Of a stretch of 64,000 nucleotides of DNA, positions 33,893-43,722 are shown piece by piece. Both the position numbers and the translations under genes were made by a program. The stretch is from assembly GCA_963820825.1 (NCBI GenBank), contig CAWGBN010000009.1, positions 64,001 through 128,000 of the forward strand, in the 5' to 3' direction. Origin of the DNA: Vulcanimicrobiota bacterium. GTDB lineage: Bacteria; Vulcanimicrobiota; Vulcanimicrobiia; Vulcanimicrobiales; Vulcanimicrobiaceae. Every line of letters starts with the position of its first letter. The stretch's first letter is position 1. Under the pieces are notes generated by a model. It did no database searches, had not been told where the DNA came from, and saw nothing but the letters and a program-made list of their open reading frames with translations.

Positions 33893-34780
33893 TCACTCCC
33901 TCGTGATACCCGTCACCAAGCCGCTTTCGATTCTCAGCGCGAGCCCAGGCTTCATATGAAAGGTCCCCGTTCGGCCGCCTTCGAGCGCCTTCACGACCTC
34001 CTCGACGTGGAGAAAGTCGACGTCGCTCAGTTCCCCCTCATCGGCGAGCCGAGAGCGCACCAAGAGCCGCAGCTCGGCTCGTCGCGAGGCATCCCGTTCG
34101 TCGGCGACGACCGCCGCGGCTCGGGCGACCGCCTCGTCCAGGCCGGGGAAGACCGGGCGCAGCGCCGTCAGGGCCTCCCGCACGGCATTGCGGCGAAGGG
34201 TCGTGTCGGCGTTGGACGGATCGACCGCGTACGGCAACGCTCGGGCGTGACAGTACGCGCGCAACGTCTCGGACGGAATTCCAAGGAAGGGCCGTGCGAG
34301 ATCGAGGCCCGGGGCGAGCCGGCGCCGGCCGCGCATCCCCCGCAGCCCGGCCGGTCCCGTCCCGCGCAGCAACGCGAGCAGTACCGACTCGGTCTGGTCC
34401 TCCGCGTGGTGCGCGGTTGCGACCGCTTGGCAGTCGGAGCGTTTGCCGGCGTCGATCAGCGCGTCGTAGCGCGCCGTCCGCAACCGCTGTTCGCTTCGCT
34501 GCCGGCCGCCGAGCGAGACGGTATCGATCGGCATGCCGAACTGCGCCGCGATCTGAAGCGCGACGCACTCGTCTTGCCACGTCGATTCGCGCGTTCCATG
34601 ATCGACGAAGGCCAAACGCAGCGTAAGCTCGAGACGTTTTGCCACCGCGTGAAGCGCCGCCGCGAGCGCGACCGAATCGGGACCGCCGCTGCAGGCAACC
34701 AACACGCGCTCGCCGCGGCGAATGACGCCGCTCTCTTCGACGGCGCGTTCGACGTCGCGCTCGGGATGCGCGCCTCTCAC
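33893..34780 (-). CDS. tilS: tRNA(Ile)-lysidine synthetase (short form)
   Basis: ACSGGPDS, DHG, RY, TAHHAEDQTE, RP, DPSN, RN; precedes ftsH. Confidence 0.92.
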   Translation of the reverse strand: MRGAHPERDVERAVEESGVIRRGERVLVACSGGPDSVALAAALHAVAKRLELTLRLAFVDHGTRESTWQDECVALQIAAQFGMPIDTVSLGGRQRSEQRLRTARYDALIDAGKRSDCQAVATAHHAEDQTESVLLALLRGTGPAGLRGMRGRRRLAPGLDLARPFLGIPSETLRAYCHARALPYAVDPSNADTTLRRNAVREALTALRPVFPGLDEAVARAAAVVADERDASRRAELRLLVRSRLADEGELSDVDFLHVEEVVKALEGGRTGTFHMKPGLALRIESGLVTGITRE

Positions 34781-35238
34781 GAGCGGCGCACGTGCGCGGC
34801 AATTTCGCGCTCGACCTCGCGCTTCGCGGTGGCGGCGCGCTTATCCCAAAATTTCTTGCCGCGTACCAGACCGAGCTGAATCTTCGCCATCCCTCGGGTG
34901 AAATAGAGCCGCAGCGGCACGACCGTCAATCCCTTCTCGGCAACGCGGCTCTGCAGCCGCAGAATCTCTTCCTTATGCAGCAGCAGCTTACGCGGGCGCG
35001 TCGGCTCGGAGTTCGAGAAGCTTCCCTGGCGGTAGGGCGGAACGTGCATGCCGAGCAGCCACGCTTCGCCGTCGCGAAAGCGCGCGTACGCTTCCGTCAG
35101 GCTCGCGCCCCCGCCCCGAATCGCCTTGATCTCGGTGCCGCTGAGCACCAAACCGGCTTCGAGCGACTCGAGAACGTGATATTCATAGCGCGCGCGCCGA
35201 TTCTCGATCGACGGCGCGGTGTTCGCCGGCCTACTCAT
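34777..35238 (-). CDS. smpB: SsrA-binding protein
   Basis: NRRARYEY, EAGLVLSGTEIK, RKLLLHK, GKK.WDKR. Confidence 0.96.
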   Translation of the reverse strand: MSRPANTAPSIENRRARYEYHVLESLEAGLVLSGTEIKAIRGGGASLTEAYARFRDGEAWLLGMHVPPYRQGSFSNSEPTRPRKLLLHKEEILRLQSRVAEKGLTVVPLRLYFTRGMAKIQLGLVRGKKFWDKRAATAKREVEREIAAHVRRS

Positions 35239-35684
35239 TGCGCAAAGAGCGGATTGCGGCGATCGTCGGCGGCATCGAGCGTGCCGCGCGAGACGAAACT
35301 CCCTTCCGCACGCGCGAGAACGTCGCCATCGGCATCGAGAACCGTACCTTCAACGCCGAGAACTCTTCGGCGTTGCCAGGTGACGCGCCCGCGCACGACG
35401 ATCGGCGCCTCGAGCGGCACCGGTTTTCGGAAGCGCACGCTTACGCTCGCGGTAACGCCGCGATGTCCGGCAAAGCCCGCCGCATGCGCCATCGCCTCGT
35501 CGAGGAGCGCCATCACGATGCCGCCGTGCGCGATGCCGCGCCAACCCTGATAGACGGGCGCCAGCCGGAGCCGCGCAACGACGCCTTCGGCATCGAGCGC
35601 GCGATCGAAGTGCAGGTGCATCCCAATCGGATTCGCCGGGCCGCACGCAAAACAGTTGCCGTCGTCGAAGGGTACGTCGCTCAT
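35235..35684 (-). CDS. PaaI family (hotdog) thioesterase
   Basis: CFACGPANPIG, HGGIVMALLDEAM, VRFRKPVP. Confidence 0.88.
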   Translation of the reverse strand: MSDVPFDDGNCFACGPANPIGMHLHFDRALDAEGVVARLRLAPVYQGWRGIAHGGIVMALLDEAMAHAAGFAGHRGVTASVSVRFRKPVPLEAPIVVRGRVTWQRRRVLGVEGTVLDADGDVLARAEGSFVSRGTLDAADDRRNPLFAQ

Positions 35685-36406
35685 CGCCCGTGGCTCAAAC
35701 GGCTAACCAGGTGCGCCGGCAAACCGGCCTCTCGCATCTTTCGCTGCGTCTCTTCGATCGGATACGCGTAGCGAATCCACTCGACGCGCCGAGCCTCCGA
35801 ATCGTACCGTACGAAGCAGGGTTCCGGATTGAGATCGCGCGGCTGTCCGACGCTCCCGACGTCGATAATATAGCGTCGATCTTCCTCGAGATCGAGCGTA
35901 CCGCCCTTCTGCATGTGTTTGTGCGCGATATTCCCTTCGCCGTCGAGCGCCCAATACTCGGCGATGTGCGTGTGACCGACGAAGACGATCGGCGCGTCGG
36001 TCCGTTCGAAGGCGTGCGCCGCCGTGCCCTTGTCCAGGATGTATTCGAAGTACTCAACCGGCGCGCCGTGCACGAGCAGAAACTCCGGCAGGCGCAATTC
36101 GTAGGGAAGGGCGTTTAACCAGAGGCGGCTCGGCTCGTCGAGCACCCCTTGCGTCCAACCGATCGCCGCGCGCGCGGCTGCGTTGAAACTCTCGACGCCG
36201 AAGTTCTCGACCGCGGCGAGGTCGTGGTTCCCTAAGACGGCGTGCCGGCAGCGCTCGCGCAGCAGCGCGACGCAATCGTTGGGGTTCGGTCCGTAGCCGA
36301 CGACGTCACCGAGAGAGACCAGCGTCTCGTCTTCCGCGACGCTCGCCAACACGCACTGCAGCGACTCGAGGTTCGAATGAACGTCCGAGACGATCGCATA
36401 CTTCAT
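35681..36406 (-). CDS. Calcineurin-like metallophosphoesterase
   Basis: SDVHSN, GDVVGYG, GNHD, HG, GHTH, GSVGQPRD. Confidence 0.9.
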   Translation of the reverse strand: MKYAIVSDVHSNLESLQCVLASVAEDETLVSLGDVVGYGPNPNDCVALLRERCRHAVLGNHDLAAVENFGVESFNAAARAAIGWTQGVLDEPSRLWLNALPYELRLPEFLLVHGAPVEYFEYILDKGTAAHAFERTDAPIVFVGHTHIAEYWALDGEGNIAHKHMQKGGTLDLEEDRRYIIDVGSVGQPRDLNPEPCFVRYDSEARRVEWIRYAYPIEETQRKMREAGLPAHLVSRLSHGR

Positions 36407-36410
36407 CGTT

Positions 36411-37508
36411 TTAGGCGAAGACCTCGGCCAAGACGCCGCGCAAGGCTTGCGCGAAAGCGGTGCGCATCGGTTCGGTGCCGGCGCTCACGCGAACGTACGA
36501 ATCGAGCGGCGGCGCTCCCGGCTTACGGATCCAAACGCCGCGGGCGAGCAGCTCGTCCATAACGCGCCGCGCGCGCTGCGCAGTCTCCATCTCGATGCAG
36601 ACGAAGTTCGTCCGCGATTCGATGTAGCCGCGGCCGAGCTCGCGGGCGAGCCGGTAGTACGCCTCGCGCGCCTCCGCCGTCGCCGCGACGACGCGTCGCC
36701 GAAACTCGTCGTCGCCAAGCGATGCCAGCGCGCCGATCTGCGCGTTGCGGTTGATACCGTATTGGAGCCGAATCTTTTGGAAGGTGCGCACGTTGCGCTC
36801 GGTCGTTACCGCGTAACCGATGCGCGCGCCCGCCATGCCGTACGCCTTCGAAAAGGTGCGTAATCGGATTATCCGGTCCTCGAGCACTTGTGCGAGGAGT
36901 TCCTCCTCTTCGACGAAGTCCGCGTAGGCTTCGTCGAGCAGCAAGAGCGTGTCGGGCGGGAGCGATTCGAAGAAGCGCGCGATCTCCGATTTCAAGATGA
37001 AGCGCCCGCTCGGATTGTCGGGGTTCGCCAAGTAGAGGATCCGCGGCGCGTCTCGACGCGCGCCGGCGAGCAGCGACTCGCAATCCGGCGTACCGTCGCT
37101 GCGGTACTCGACCTCGACGAGCCGTCCGCCGTACCCGACGACGTGATAGGCGAAGGTCGGATAGGTTCCGCGGGTTGCGAACGCCGTATCGCCGGGCGCG
37201 AGAAAGGCGCGGACCGCCAACCCCATCAATTCGTCGATGCCCGAGCCGACGACGATCTCCGCGGGACGGCAACGATGCTTCGCTGCAAGCGCATCGCGCA
37301 GATCGAGCGATTCGGGATCTCCGTACCACGCGAGTCGTGGAAGCTCGCGCGCCATCGCCTCCACCGCCTTCGGCGATGGCCCGAAGGCGCTCTCGTTTGC
37401 ACCGAGACGAATGAGCTCGCGCTGACCCGTCTCGCGCATCAGTTGCTCGGGGCCGATGAACGGCGTCGTCTCCGGGATCGCCTCGACGGCGCGGGTGGGA
37501 CGAATCAC
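36411..37508 (-). CDS. Class I/II PLP-dependent aminotransferase (HisC-like)
   Basis: LGANES.FGPS, NPDNPSG, DEAY, RTFSKAYGMAGARIGY. Confidence 0.88.
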   Translation of the reverse strand: MIRPTRAVEAIPETTPFIGPEQLMRETGQRELIRLGANESAFGPSPKAVEAMARELPRLAWYGDPESLDLRDALAAKHRCRPAEIVVGSGIDELMGLAVRAFLAPGDTAFATRGTYPTFAYHVVGYGGRLVEVEYRSDGTPDCESLLAGARRDAPRILYLANPDNPSGRFILKSEIARFFESLPPDTLLLLDEAYADFVEEEELLAQVLEDRIIRLRTFSKAYGMAGARIGYAVTTERNVRTFQKIRLQYGINRNAQIGALASLGDDEFRRRVVAATAEAREAYYRLARELGRGYIESRTNFVCIEMETAQRARRVMDELLARGVWIRKPGAPPLDSYVRVSAGTEPMRTAFAQALRGVLAEVFA

Positions 37509-38755
37509 GCAGCCCCTAAGAAACCGTAGACGCTCACCGGCGTATTCTCCGGCCATTCGTCGTCGCGTTCGGCCATCACGATATATCCGTCGGCACGCGC
37601 CGTGAGACTGACCGAGAACGAGCGCAGCGCCAGCGGATAGGCCGACGGTAGTCCACCGTCGGCCTCAATGCGAACCGGAACGTACCAGGTCCATCCGCTG
37701 CGGCTGCGCGCCGGCGCGGCGAGCCGGGCTCGGCGCTCCGGGACGACGATCGGCGCGCCGGTAAGCGCGCCGGCAATCGGTGCTGCAACCGCCTCGAGAA
37801 TCATCAGCGCCGAGGTTGGATTGCCGGGTAGGCCGATGATCGGCTTGGCGCCATGCGCGCCCAAGAGCGTCGGCTTCCCCGGTTTGACGCGCAGGCCGTG
37901 AACGACGATGCCGGGATCGGCGATTGCGGCGACGGCGCGTGGTAGACGATCGCGCGCGCCGACCGACGAGCCGCCGGTCACGACGACGCCGTCGCACTCT
38001 GCGAGTGCCGCGGCGATCGCCGATTCGAACTCCGGTGCCTCGTCGCGCAGCGTCGGATAGTGACGCGGCGTTACGCCCATCGCGCGCAGCGAGGCAGCGA
38101 CGACGTACCGGTTCGAATCCCGAATTTGGCCCGGCTCGGGGCGCTGCGCGGGATCGATCAGCTCGTCGCCGCTGGAGAAAACCGCCAAGACCGGACGCCG
38201 GTAGACCGCAACGCTCGTATGCCCCAGCGTTGCAAGCACCCCGATCTCCGGCGCGCGAATGCGACGGCCGGCGGCGAGAACGAGCTCTCCGCAACGCATG
38301 TCGGCCGCGCGATCGACGACGTTGTCGCCCGCGGCGACGGGTGCTTCGACGATTACCCGCCCGTCGACGACGCGCACGTCTTCGACCGGAACGACCGCGT
38401 CGGCTCCTTGCGGGAGCAGTCCGCCGGTCGGAATCCGGCTCGCGACACCAGCGCCGATCGGCTGCAGCGGGGCGCTTCCCATGCGCACCTCTTGCGCGAT
38501 CTCGTAGGTCCGGGGCGACGAGTCTGCGCGCAGCGCAAAGCCGTCCATGAGCGAGCGGGGCGCCGCCGGATAATCGGCGTCGGCGGCGATCGGCTCGGCG
38601 AGCACGCGTCCGAGCGCCTCGTCGAGCGAGACGCGCTCGGCGGCGGGCGGCGCAATCGCCACCCGGCTCAAAAATGCGACGATCGCCTGGCGGGGCGGCA
38701 GCAGCCGTTCTACCGCAAACCCCGTTTCCGGTAGGACTGGATTTACAGACCGCAT
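37505..38755 (-). CDS. moeA: Molybdopterin molybdotransferase MoeA
   Basis: GRVLAE, SLMDGFA, TGG.LP.GADAVV, SGDEL, DSN, TGGSSVG, KPGKP, LPGNP. Confidence 0.94.
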   Translation of the reverse strand: MRSVNPVLPETGFAVERLLPPRQAIVAFLSRVAIAPPAAERVSLDEALGRVLAEPIAADADYPAAPRSLMDGFALRADSSPRTYEIAQEVRMGSAPLQPIGAGVASRIPTGGLLPQGADAVVPVEDVRVVDGRVIVEAPVAAGDNVVDRAADMRCGELVLAAGRRIRAPEIGVLATLGHTSVAVYRRPVLAVFSSGDELIDPAQRPEPGQIRDSNRYVVAASLRAMGVTPRHYPTLRDEAPEFESAIAAALAECDGVVVTGGSSVGARDRLPRAVAAIADPGIVVHGLRVKPGKPTLLGAHGAKPIIGLPGNPTSALMILEAVAAPIAGALTGAPIVVPERRARLAAPARSRSGWTWYVPVRIEADGGLPSAYPLALRSFSVSLTARADGYIVMAERDDEWPENTPVSVYGFLGAA

Positions 38756-38770
38756 AAGGCGCGCTTCTCC

Positions 38771-40054
38771 ATGCTCGACATCGCTCTGATTCGGCGCGAT
38801 CCCGACCGCGTTCGAAAGGCTCTCCGTCGCCGCGGGCTCGATGACTCGCCGGTCGGCGAAGTTCTGCGCTACGACGAGGAGTACCGCTCCGCGCTTACGG
38901 CGGCCGAACAGGCGAAGGCCGAGAAGAACAGACTCTCGGCGGCAATCGGCGAGGCGGAAGACAAGGCAACCGCGGCGCGCGAGCTGCGCCCGAAGATCGC
39001 CGAACTGACCGCACGCATCGCCGACCTCGAAGGACGCGCTCGCGCGCTCTCGATTTCGAACGGCGAATCGCCGCTGCGCGCGCTGCTCGAGAGCATGCCG
39101 AACGTTCTCGACGATTCCGTTCCCGACGGAACCGACGAAACGGCAAACGTCGAGTTGCGCCGTTGGGGTGAACCCCCGCGCTTTGACTTCACGCCGCTGC
39201 CGCATTGGGAGCTCGGCGAGCGCCTCGGAATTCTGGATTTCGCTCGCGCCGCAAAGCTCTCGGGAAGCCGGTTCGCCGTGCTGCGCGGCGCCGGCGCGCG
39301 ACTCTCTCGCGCGCTCGCCGCATTTTTCCTCGCCCGGGCTGCGGAGCGCGGGTACGTCGAGATCGCGCCGCCGCTCCTCGTTTCGCGCGAAACGATGTGG
39401 TCGACGGGTCAGCTCAGCAAGTTTTCGGACGCAATGTTTGCCGACGCCGACGGCGAGCTCTTTATGATTCCAACCTCCGAGGTGCCGTTGACGGCGCTGC
39501 GCGGCCACGAAATCCTCGATGCCTCCGAGCTTCCGCTCCGGTACGTCGCGCAGACGCCGTGCTTTCGCAAAGAGGCCGGAGCGGCGGGAAAGGATACGCG
39601 CGGATTGATGCGGCTGCATCAATTCGATAAGGTCGAGCTCGTTTGGCTCACCGCGCCGGAAGCCTCGTTCGAAGCGCTCGAAACGCTGACGCATCACGCC
39701 GAGGAACTCTTGGCGGAGCTCGAGATACCCCATCGAGTCGTCTCTCTCTGCGCGGGCGATACCGGTTTCAATGCCGCCAAGACCTACGACTTGGAAGCCT
39801 GGATTCCGAGCGGAGGTTCCTATCGCGAGATCAGCTCGTGCTCGAACTGCACCGACTTTCAGGCGCGCCGCGCCGCAATTCGATTTCGCCGCGACCCGAG
39901 CGGCAAGCCGGAGCTCGTGCATACGCTCAACGGCTCGGGCCTCGCCATAGGACGAACGTTGATCGCGATCATGGAGAACCATCAGCGGCCGGACGGATCG
40001 GTCGCCGTACCCGCCGCGTTGCAGCCGTACGCCGGATTCGACGTTATCGGCTAA
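38771..40054 (+). CDS. serS: Serine-tRNA ligase
   Basis: MLDI..IR, PTSEVP, FRKEAG..GKDTRGL.RLHQF.KVE, EISSCSNC.DFQARR, HTLNGSGLA.GR. Confidence 0.97.
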   Translation: MLDIALIRRDPDRVRKALRRRGLDDSPVGEVLRYDEEYRSALTAAEQAKAEKNRLSAAIGEAEDKATAARELRPKIAELTARIADLEGRARALSISNGESPLRALLESMPNVLDDSVPDGTDETANVELRRWGEPPRFDFTPLPHWELGERLGILDFARAAKLSGSRFAVLRGAGARLSRALAAFFLARAAERGYVEIAPPLLVSRETMWSTGQLSKFSDAMFADADGELFMIPTSEVPLTALRGHEILDASELPLRYVAQTPCFRKEAGAAGKDTRGLMRLHQFDKVELVWLTAPEASFEALETLTHHAEELLAELEIPHRVVSLCAGDTGFNAAKTYDLEAWIPSGGSYREISSCSNCTDFQARRAAIRFRRDPSGKPELVHTLNGSGLAIGRTLIAIMENHQRPDGSVAVPAALQPYAGFDVIG

Positions 40055-40998
40055 GAGACGTCTTGAATCAGCTCGAGGAGCACTTCGCGGTCGAGGTAAC
40101 GGATGTGCCCGTGCTCGCGGCGCAGCGCCTTGCGCGACTCGAGCTCGGCGATCGCGCGCGCGGCGACTTCCTTCACCGTGCCGCCCGCCGCGGCGATCTG
40201 CGATTGTGTGATCGTCGATAACGAAGCGGACGCCGGTACCATGCCGCGTTCGGGCATCGCGTACGGTAAGAGCACGCGCGCGATGCGTCCGAGAATCGGC
40301 AACGATCCCTGAATCGCCAGCGCGTCGGCGAGAAGCCGGATGCGCTGCGCCATCACGATTCCAAGCGCGTTGGTCAACTGCGGATAGCGTTCGGCGACGC
40401 GCGCAACGACGTCCCACGGAATCTTGAGCACGTGCGCCGATTTGGAGAAGACGGCGATGCGCGCCATCTTGAATCCGCGGTCGAAGTATTCGGCGACGCC
40501 GAAGAGCTCGTACGGGAAAATCTCGTACAGAATTCGTTCGCGCTCGCGGCCGCCGCCGTTCGCGCGAGCAACGATTCCTTCGGTCACCACGCCGATGAAC
40601 GTCCAGTCGGCGTTCTCGGCAACGAGCGTCTGGCCGCGCCGCCCCGTCTGCCAAAGCGACGCGGCGGCGAGTTCCGCGCGCACGCCGGCATCGAGCGAGG
40701 CGAAGGCAGGGCAGCGGCTCAAATGCTGTGCGGCTGAGTTGCGGTCGTTTTGCTCCCCGGCGCGCGGCGTCAGCCGCAAGTGCCAGAGGCGGTTGGCAAC
40801 GCGGCGGGCCTCGACGATGAAGCGATCCGGCCGGTCCTGCGTGAGACGCGCGGAGAGCGCGCGCGGCTCGTTTTCTGTTATGAGAGTAAGCGTGGCGCCC
40901 GATGGAAGACGATCGAGGGCCTTGCGAACGAGCTCGGACCGTTCCCATGCCGGGACGGCTCGCAGGTCAATTTCGGCTGGTTGTACCACGCTCGTCAC
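40051..40998 (-). CDS. Crp/Fnr family regulator with N-terminal DUF2249-like domain
   Basis: IDLRAVPAWER...L..ENEPRAL...W; cNMP-binding domain; HTH TQSQIAAAGGTVKEVAARAI. Confidence 0.8.
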   Translation of the reverse strand: MTSVVQPAEIDLRAVPAWERSELVRKALDRLPSGATLTLITENEPRALSARLTQDRPDRFIVEARRVANRLWHLRLTPRAGEQNDRNSAAQHLSRCPAFASLDAGVRAELAAASLWQTGRRGQTLVAENADWTFIGVVTEGIVARANGGGRERERILYEIFPYELFGVAEYFDRGFKMARIAVFSKSAHVLKIPWDVVARVAERYPQLTNALGIVMAQRIRLLADALAIQGSLPILGRIARVLLPYAMPERGMVPASASLSTITQSQIAAAGGTVKEVAARAIAELESRKALRREHGHIRYLDREVLLELIQDVS

Positions 40999-41052
40999 GT
41001 TCTCGCCGGGCCGAGCGCTCTACTCCCAGAATGGCACGAGAGAGGAGCTAGC

Positions 41053-41571
41053 ATGGTAGGGTCGTTGGTAAAGCGGTTCGTCAGTTGCGTCGGCATCGTC
41101 TGGTTGGGAGTCATGGGGCTGCCTAGCCCCGCGTCGGCACAGTCCACGATGTCCTATTTCAACACGGCGATAACCGAGGTCTACGGATCGACATATCCGA
41201 TCACGGGCAAGCTCGATCTGGAGATCTTTCCCGACGGTCACCTGCGCGGTTATTATCACACGTCATTTTATAAGCTCTTCATCCCGGTCGCGGGCGGTCG
41301 AGACGGCAACTATATCTGGTTCGACATCGGGCCCTCGAGCGTCGATCTCGGGCTCGGCGCCGGACCGCAAGGCAAGCTGCACGTCGTCGCGACCATGAAC
41401 AACGACGGCTCGTTCCGCGGCCAGGTCTACCCGGAGACTGCGGCGGTGCTCTCGGGGCTCTCGATGCAGTACAACTTCGCGAACACCTCGCCGAGTTCGC
41501 AGAACTCCACCGACCAGTACCTCTTCGCGGGGACGCCGACGTCGGAAGTGGAATCGACGCCGGCGCCATAG
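41053..41571 (+). CDS. Hypothetical secreted beta-rich protein
   Basis: GAGGAG SD, signal peptide ending ASA-Q. Confidence 0.65.
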   Translation: MVGSLVKRFVSCVGIVWLGVMGLPSPASAQSTMSYFNTAITEVYGSTYPITGKLDLEIFPDGHLRGYYHTSFYKLFIPVAGGRDGNYIWFDIGPSSVDLGLGAGPQGKLHVVATMNNDGSFRGQVYPETAAVLSGLSMQYNFANTSPSSQNSTDQYLFAGTPTSEVESTPAP

Positions 41572-41587
41572 CGAAACGAGTGAGGCC

Positions 41588-42268
41588 TTAGCCTCCGAGC
41601 GAGCGTTGGCCGACCACTCGGCCGACCGCCGGCATCGAATCGGCGCCGTTGCCCCAGATCCCGTTGAAGCTATTGTTGTCCCCGTTGAACCAGAACGAGA
41701 ACCATCCCGAACCGTTGGGACCCGTCCAGGTCGCGCGGACCTTATCCTTGGTGCGGAACTTGCCGTTGAGCGTGATCGGGCCGGTGTGGCAGACGACCGT
41801 CGGTCCCGACTCCGTGCACTTCATCGTGCCGACGAATGCGGTGGGACCGCCCGCGCCGACGACGTTCCAGGTACCCTTTGCCGTGATGGGCGAGGGCGGC
41901 AGAACCTTGTTACCGACGAACGAGCCGTTTGCCGCGCGCCCGTTGTAGCCCCAGGTTCCGTTGAAGCTGTGGCCGTTGGCGCTGACGTAGATCGTTAACC
42001 AGCCGGCGCCGCCCGGACCGTGCCACTTTCCGTTGATCTTGGAGTCGGTGACGAAGGTCCCCGTAAATCCGTTACCGTTGGCGGCATTATTGCCGACGAG
42101 CGAGTCGCCCGACTGCTTCAGCGTGACCGTCGCCGTCGAGGTGCCGTTCAGACCGGTCTGCTGGACGCTCCAGGTTCCGGTAATGTTCGGGGGGCTAGCG
42201 ACGACCGCGACCGTCGAGGTCGCGAGGAGCGCCAATCCGCAGCAGAGCGAAGTAACAAGACGTTTCAC
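41588..42268 (-). CDS. Hypothetical secreted protein with duplicated beta-barrel-like domain
   Basis: Signal peptide; two repeats GTW...G.W.GP.G.GW...SFNG.WG. Confidence 0.7.
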   Translation of the reverse strand: MKRLVTSLCCGLALLATSTVAVVASPPNITGTWSVQQTGLNGTSTATVTLKQSGDSLVGNNAANGNGFTGTFVTDSKINGKWHGPGGAGWLTIYVSANGHSFNGTWGYNGRAANGSFVGNKVLPPSPITAKGTWNVVGAGGPTAFVGTMKCTESGPTVVCHTGPITLNGKFRTKDKVRATWTGPNGSGWFSFWFNGDNNSFNGIWGNGADSMPAVGRVVGQRSLGG

Positions 42269-42363
42269 TAATCTCTCTCCTTCAAGTAGGTTGACTTCTT
42301 GGCAGTTAGTCTACTCGCGGAAGCAAGGGAGTGCCACCCCTTACGTAGGGAGAATAGGGGCTC

Positions 42364-42813
42364 ATGAAGCGTTTTTTCGGGGTCGCGGTCGCCGCCGCGA
42401 TCGCCGCCTTCGGAGTATCGGTACGTCCCGCCGGCGCCAACGGCACGGTCGTGATCGCCTACACGGACGGCTCCTCGAAGCTCTATCACAACGTCCGGAT
42501 CATCATCTGGAACGAGAGCATGGCCATCACTTCCGCCGACGGGCAGGGGACCGTCGTGCTCGGCAAAGCTTCCTGTACGAAGGTCGGGGAGCTCCTTCGA
42601 TGCCTGACCTACGACGCGACGCTCTTCCAGAACGGCGACAGGCTCCATATTCCACTACGGTCCGGGACGGTTTGGCTCAATCCGACCCATGACTACCAGC
42701 CGATGAGCCATTCCTCGGCGGAGATCCCCCCTCGCGGCGTGCTCCTGGCCGTAAAGACGCGACGGGGAACCGAAGTGACCATGACCGGTACCGTCGATGA
42801 GGTGCGCCGATGA
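42364..42813 (+). CDS. Hypothetical secreted protein
   Basis: Signal peptide (AGA-N), one Cys pair, coupled to the next gene. Confidence 0.7.
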   Translation: MKRFFGVAVAAAIAAFGVSVRPAGANGTVVIAYTDGSSKLYHNVRIIIWNESMAITSADGQGTVVLGKASCTKVGELLRCLTYDATLFQNGDRLHIPLRSGTVWLNPTHDYQPMSHSSAEIPPRGVLLAVKTRRGTEVTMTGTVDEVRR

Positions 42814-43712
42814 AACGCAGAATTGTCGCAGCGGCCGCGCTTGCGCTCGCACTCGTTCCCGTCGCCGGCCTTGCCGGCCGCGGCGGTTTCGCGCGTCCGG
42901 CCGGCGGATTCGATTTTCACGGAGAGTCGGGCGCCTCGCATCCGCCTTCGGGCAGCCATTCGAGCACGGGCCCGTACGGCACGAGCCGCACGACGAACGT
43001 AACGAATACCGGCAACGGCTACAACCGGACGACGACTGCAACGAACGGACAGTATGACCGCACGAGCAGCGGCGGCGCTTCGAACAACGGCAACTACTAC
43101 CACAGCAGCAGCGGATCGAGTCCGTACGGCAGCCACAGCAGCAGCACCAACGGCAACTACAACACCGGTAACTACAGCCATAACGGAAGCGGCAACAATG
43201 CCTACGGCTCCTATAGCACGTCGGGAAGCGGGAACACCTACAACCATACCTACAGCGGATCGGGGACGGCGACGAACGCGTGGGGGCAGACGTACCATTC
43301 CAGCACCTACGCGAACAACGGATACGTCTATCACGGTGCCGTCGTAACGAATCCGGTCTATCACGGAGTCTGGGGATGGAACGGCGGTTACGCCTGGTAT
43401 CCAGCGCCGTATTACTATGGGGGCGGCTTCTGGGGCGCATTTGCTATCGGAGCGACCTCGGCGGCGGTCTGGGGTTCGATCGTCGCGGCGAACAATGTCA
43501 CCTACACCTCATACGAAGTGCAGCAGGAGAGCCCGGGCGCGAAGCTCCTTACCAGCTACCACTTGACGCAAACGCAGTGCGGACCGCCGAACCTCGTGGT
43601 GATCTACGGTCCGAACAATAGCGTGATCTGCGCCTATCCGAACAACGTCGTCTCCGCGGGAAACTATAGCGTCGATTCGCAGACGCTGACGATCGTATCG
43701 GAAAAACCGTAA
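42810..43712 (+). CDS. Secreted low-complexity S/G/N/Y/T-rich protein
   Basis: Signal peptide; repeated G-x-Y-G/N-G-N-Y units; C-terminal Cys-paired domain. Confidence 0.7.
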   Translation: MKRRIVAAAALALALVPVAGLAGRGGFARPAGGFDFHGESGASHPPSGSHSSTGPYGTSRTTNVTNTGNGYNRTTTATNGQYDRTSSGGASNNGNYYHSSSGSSPYGSHSSSTNGNYNTGNYSHNGSGNNAYGSYSTSGSGNTYNHTYSGSGTATNAWGQTYHSSTYANNGYVYHGAVVTNPVYHGVWGWNGGYAWYPAPYYYGGGFWGAFAIGATSAAVWGSIVAANNVTYTSYEVQQESPGAKLLTSYHLTQTQCGPPNLVVIYGPNNSVICAYPNNVVSAGNYSVDSQTLTIVSEKP

Positions 43713-43722
43713 TCGCGGCGCA

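Noticed and set aside
34777..35238. tmRNA gene expected near smpB
   Set aside because: Both neighbours overlap smpB and no tRNA-like ends were seen in the window
37505..40948. 1147-aa ORF suggesting a giant MoeA fusion
   Set aside because: The upstream 731 codons are antisense to serS and out of frame with the Crp gene; MoeA homology starts at 38755
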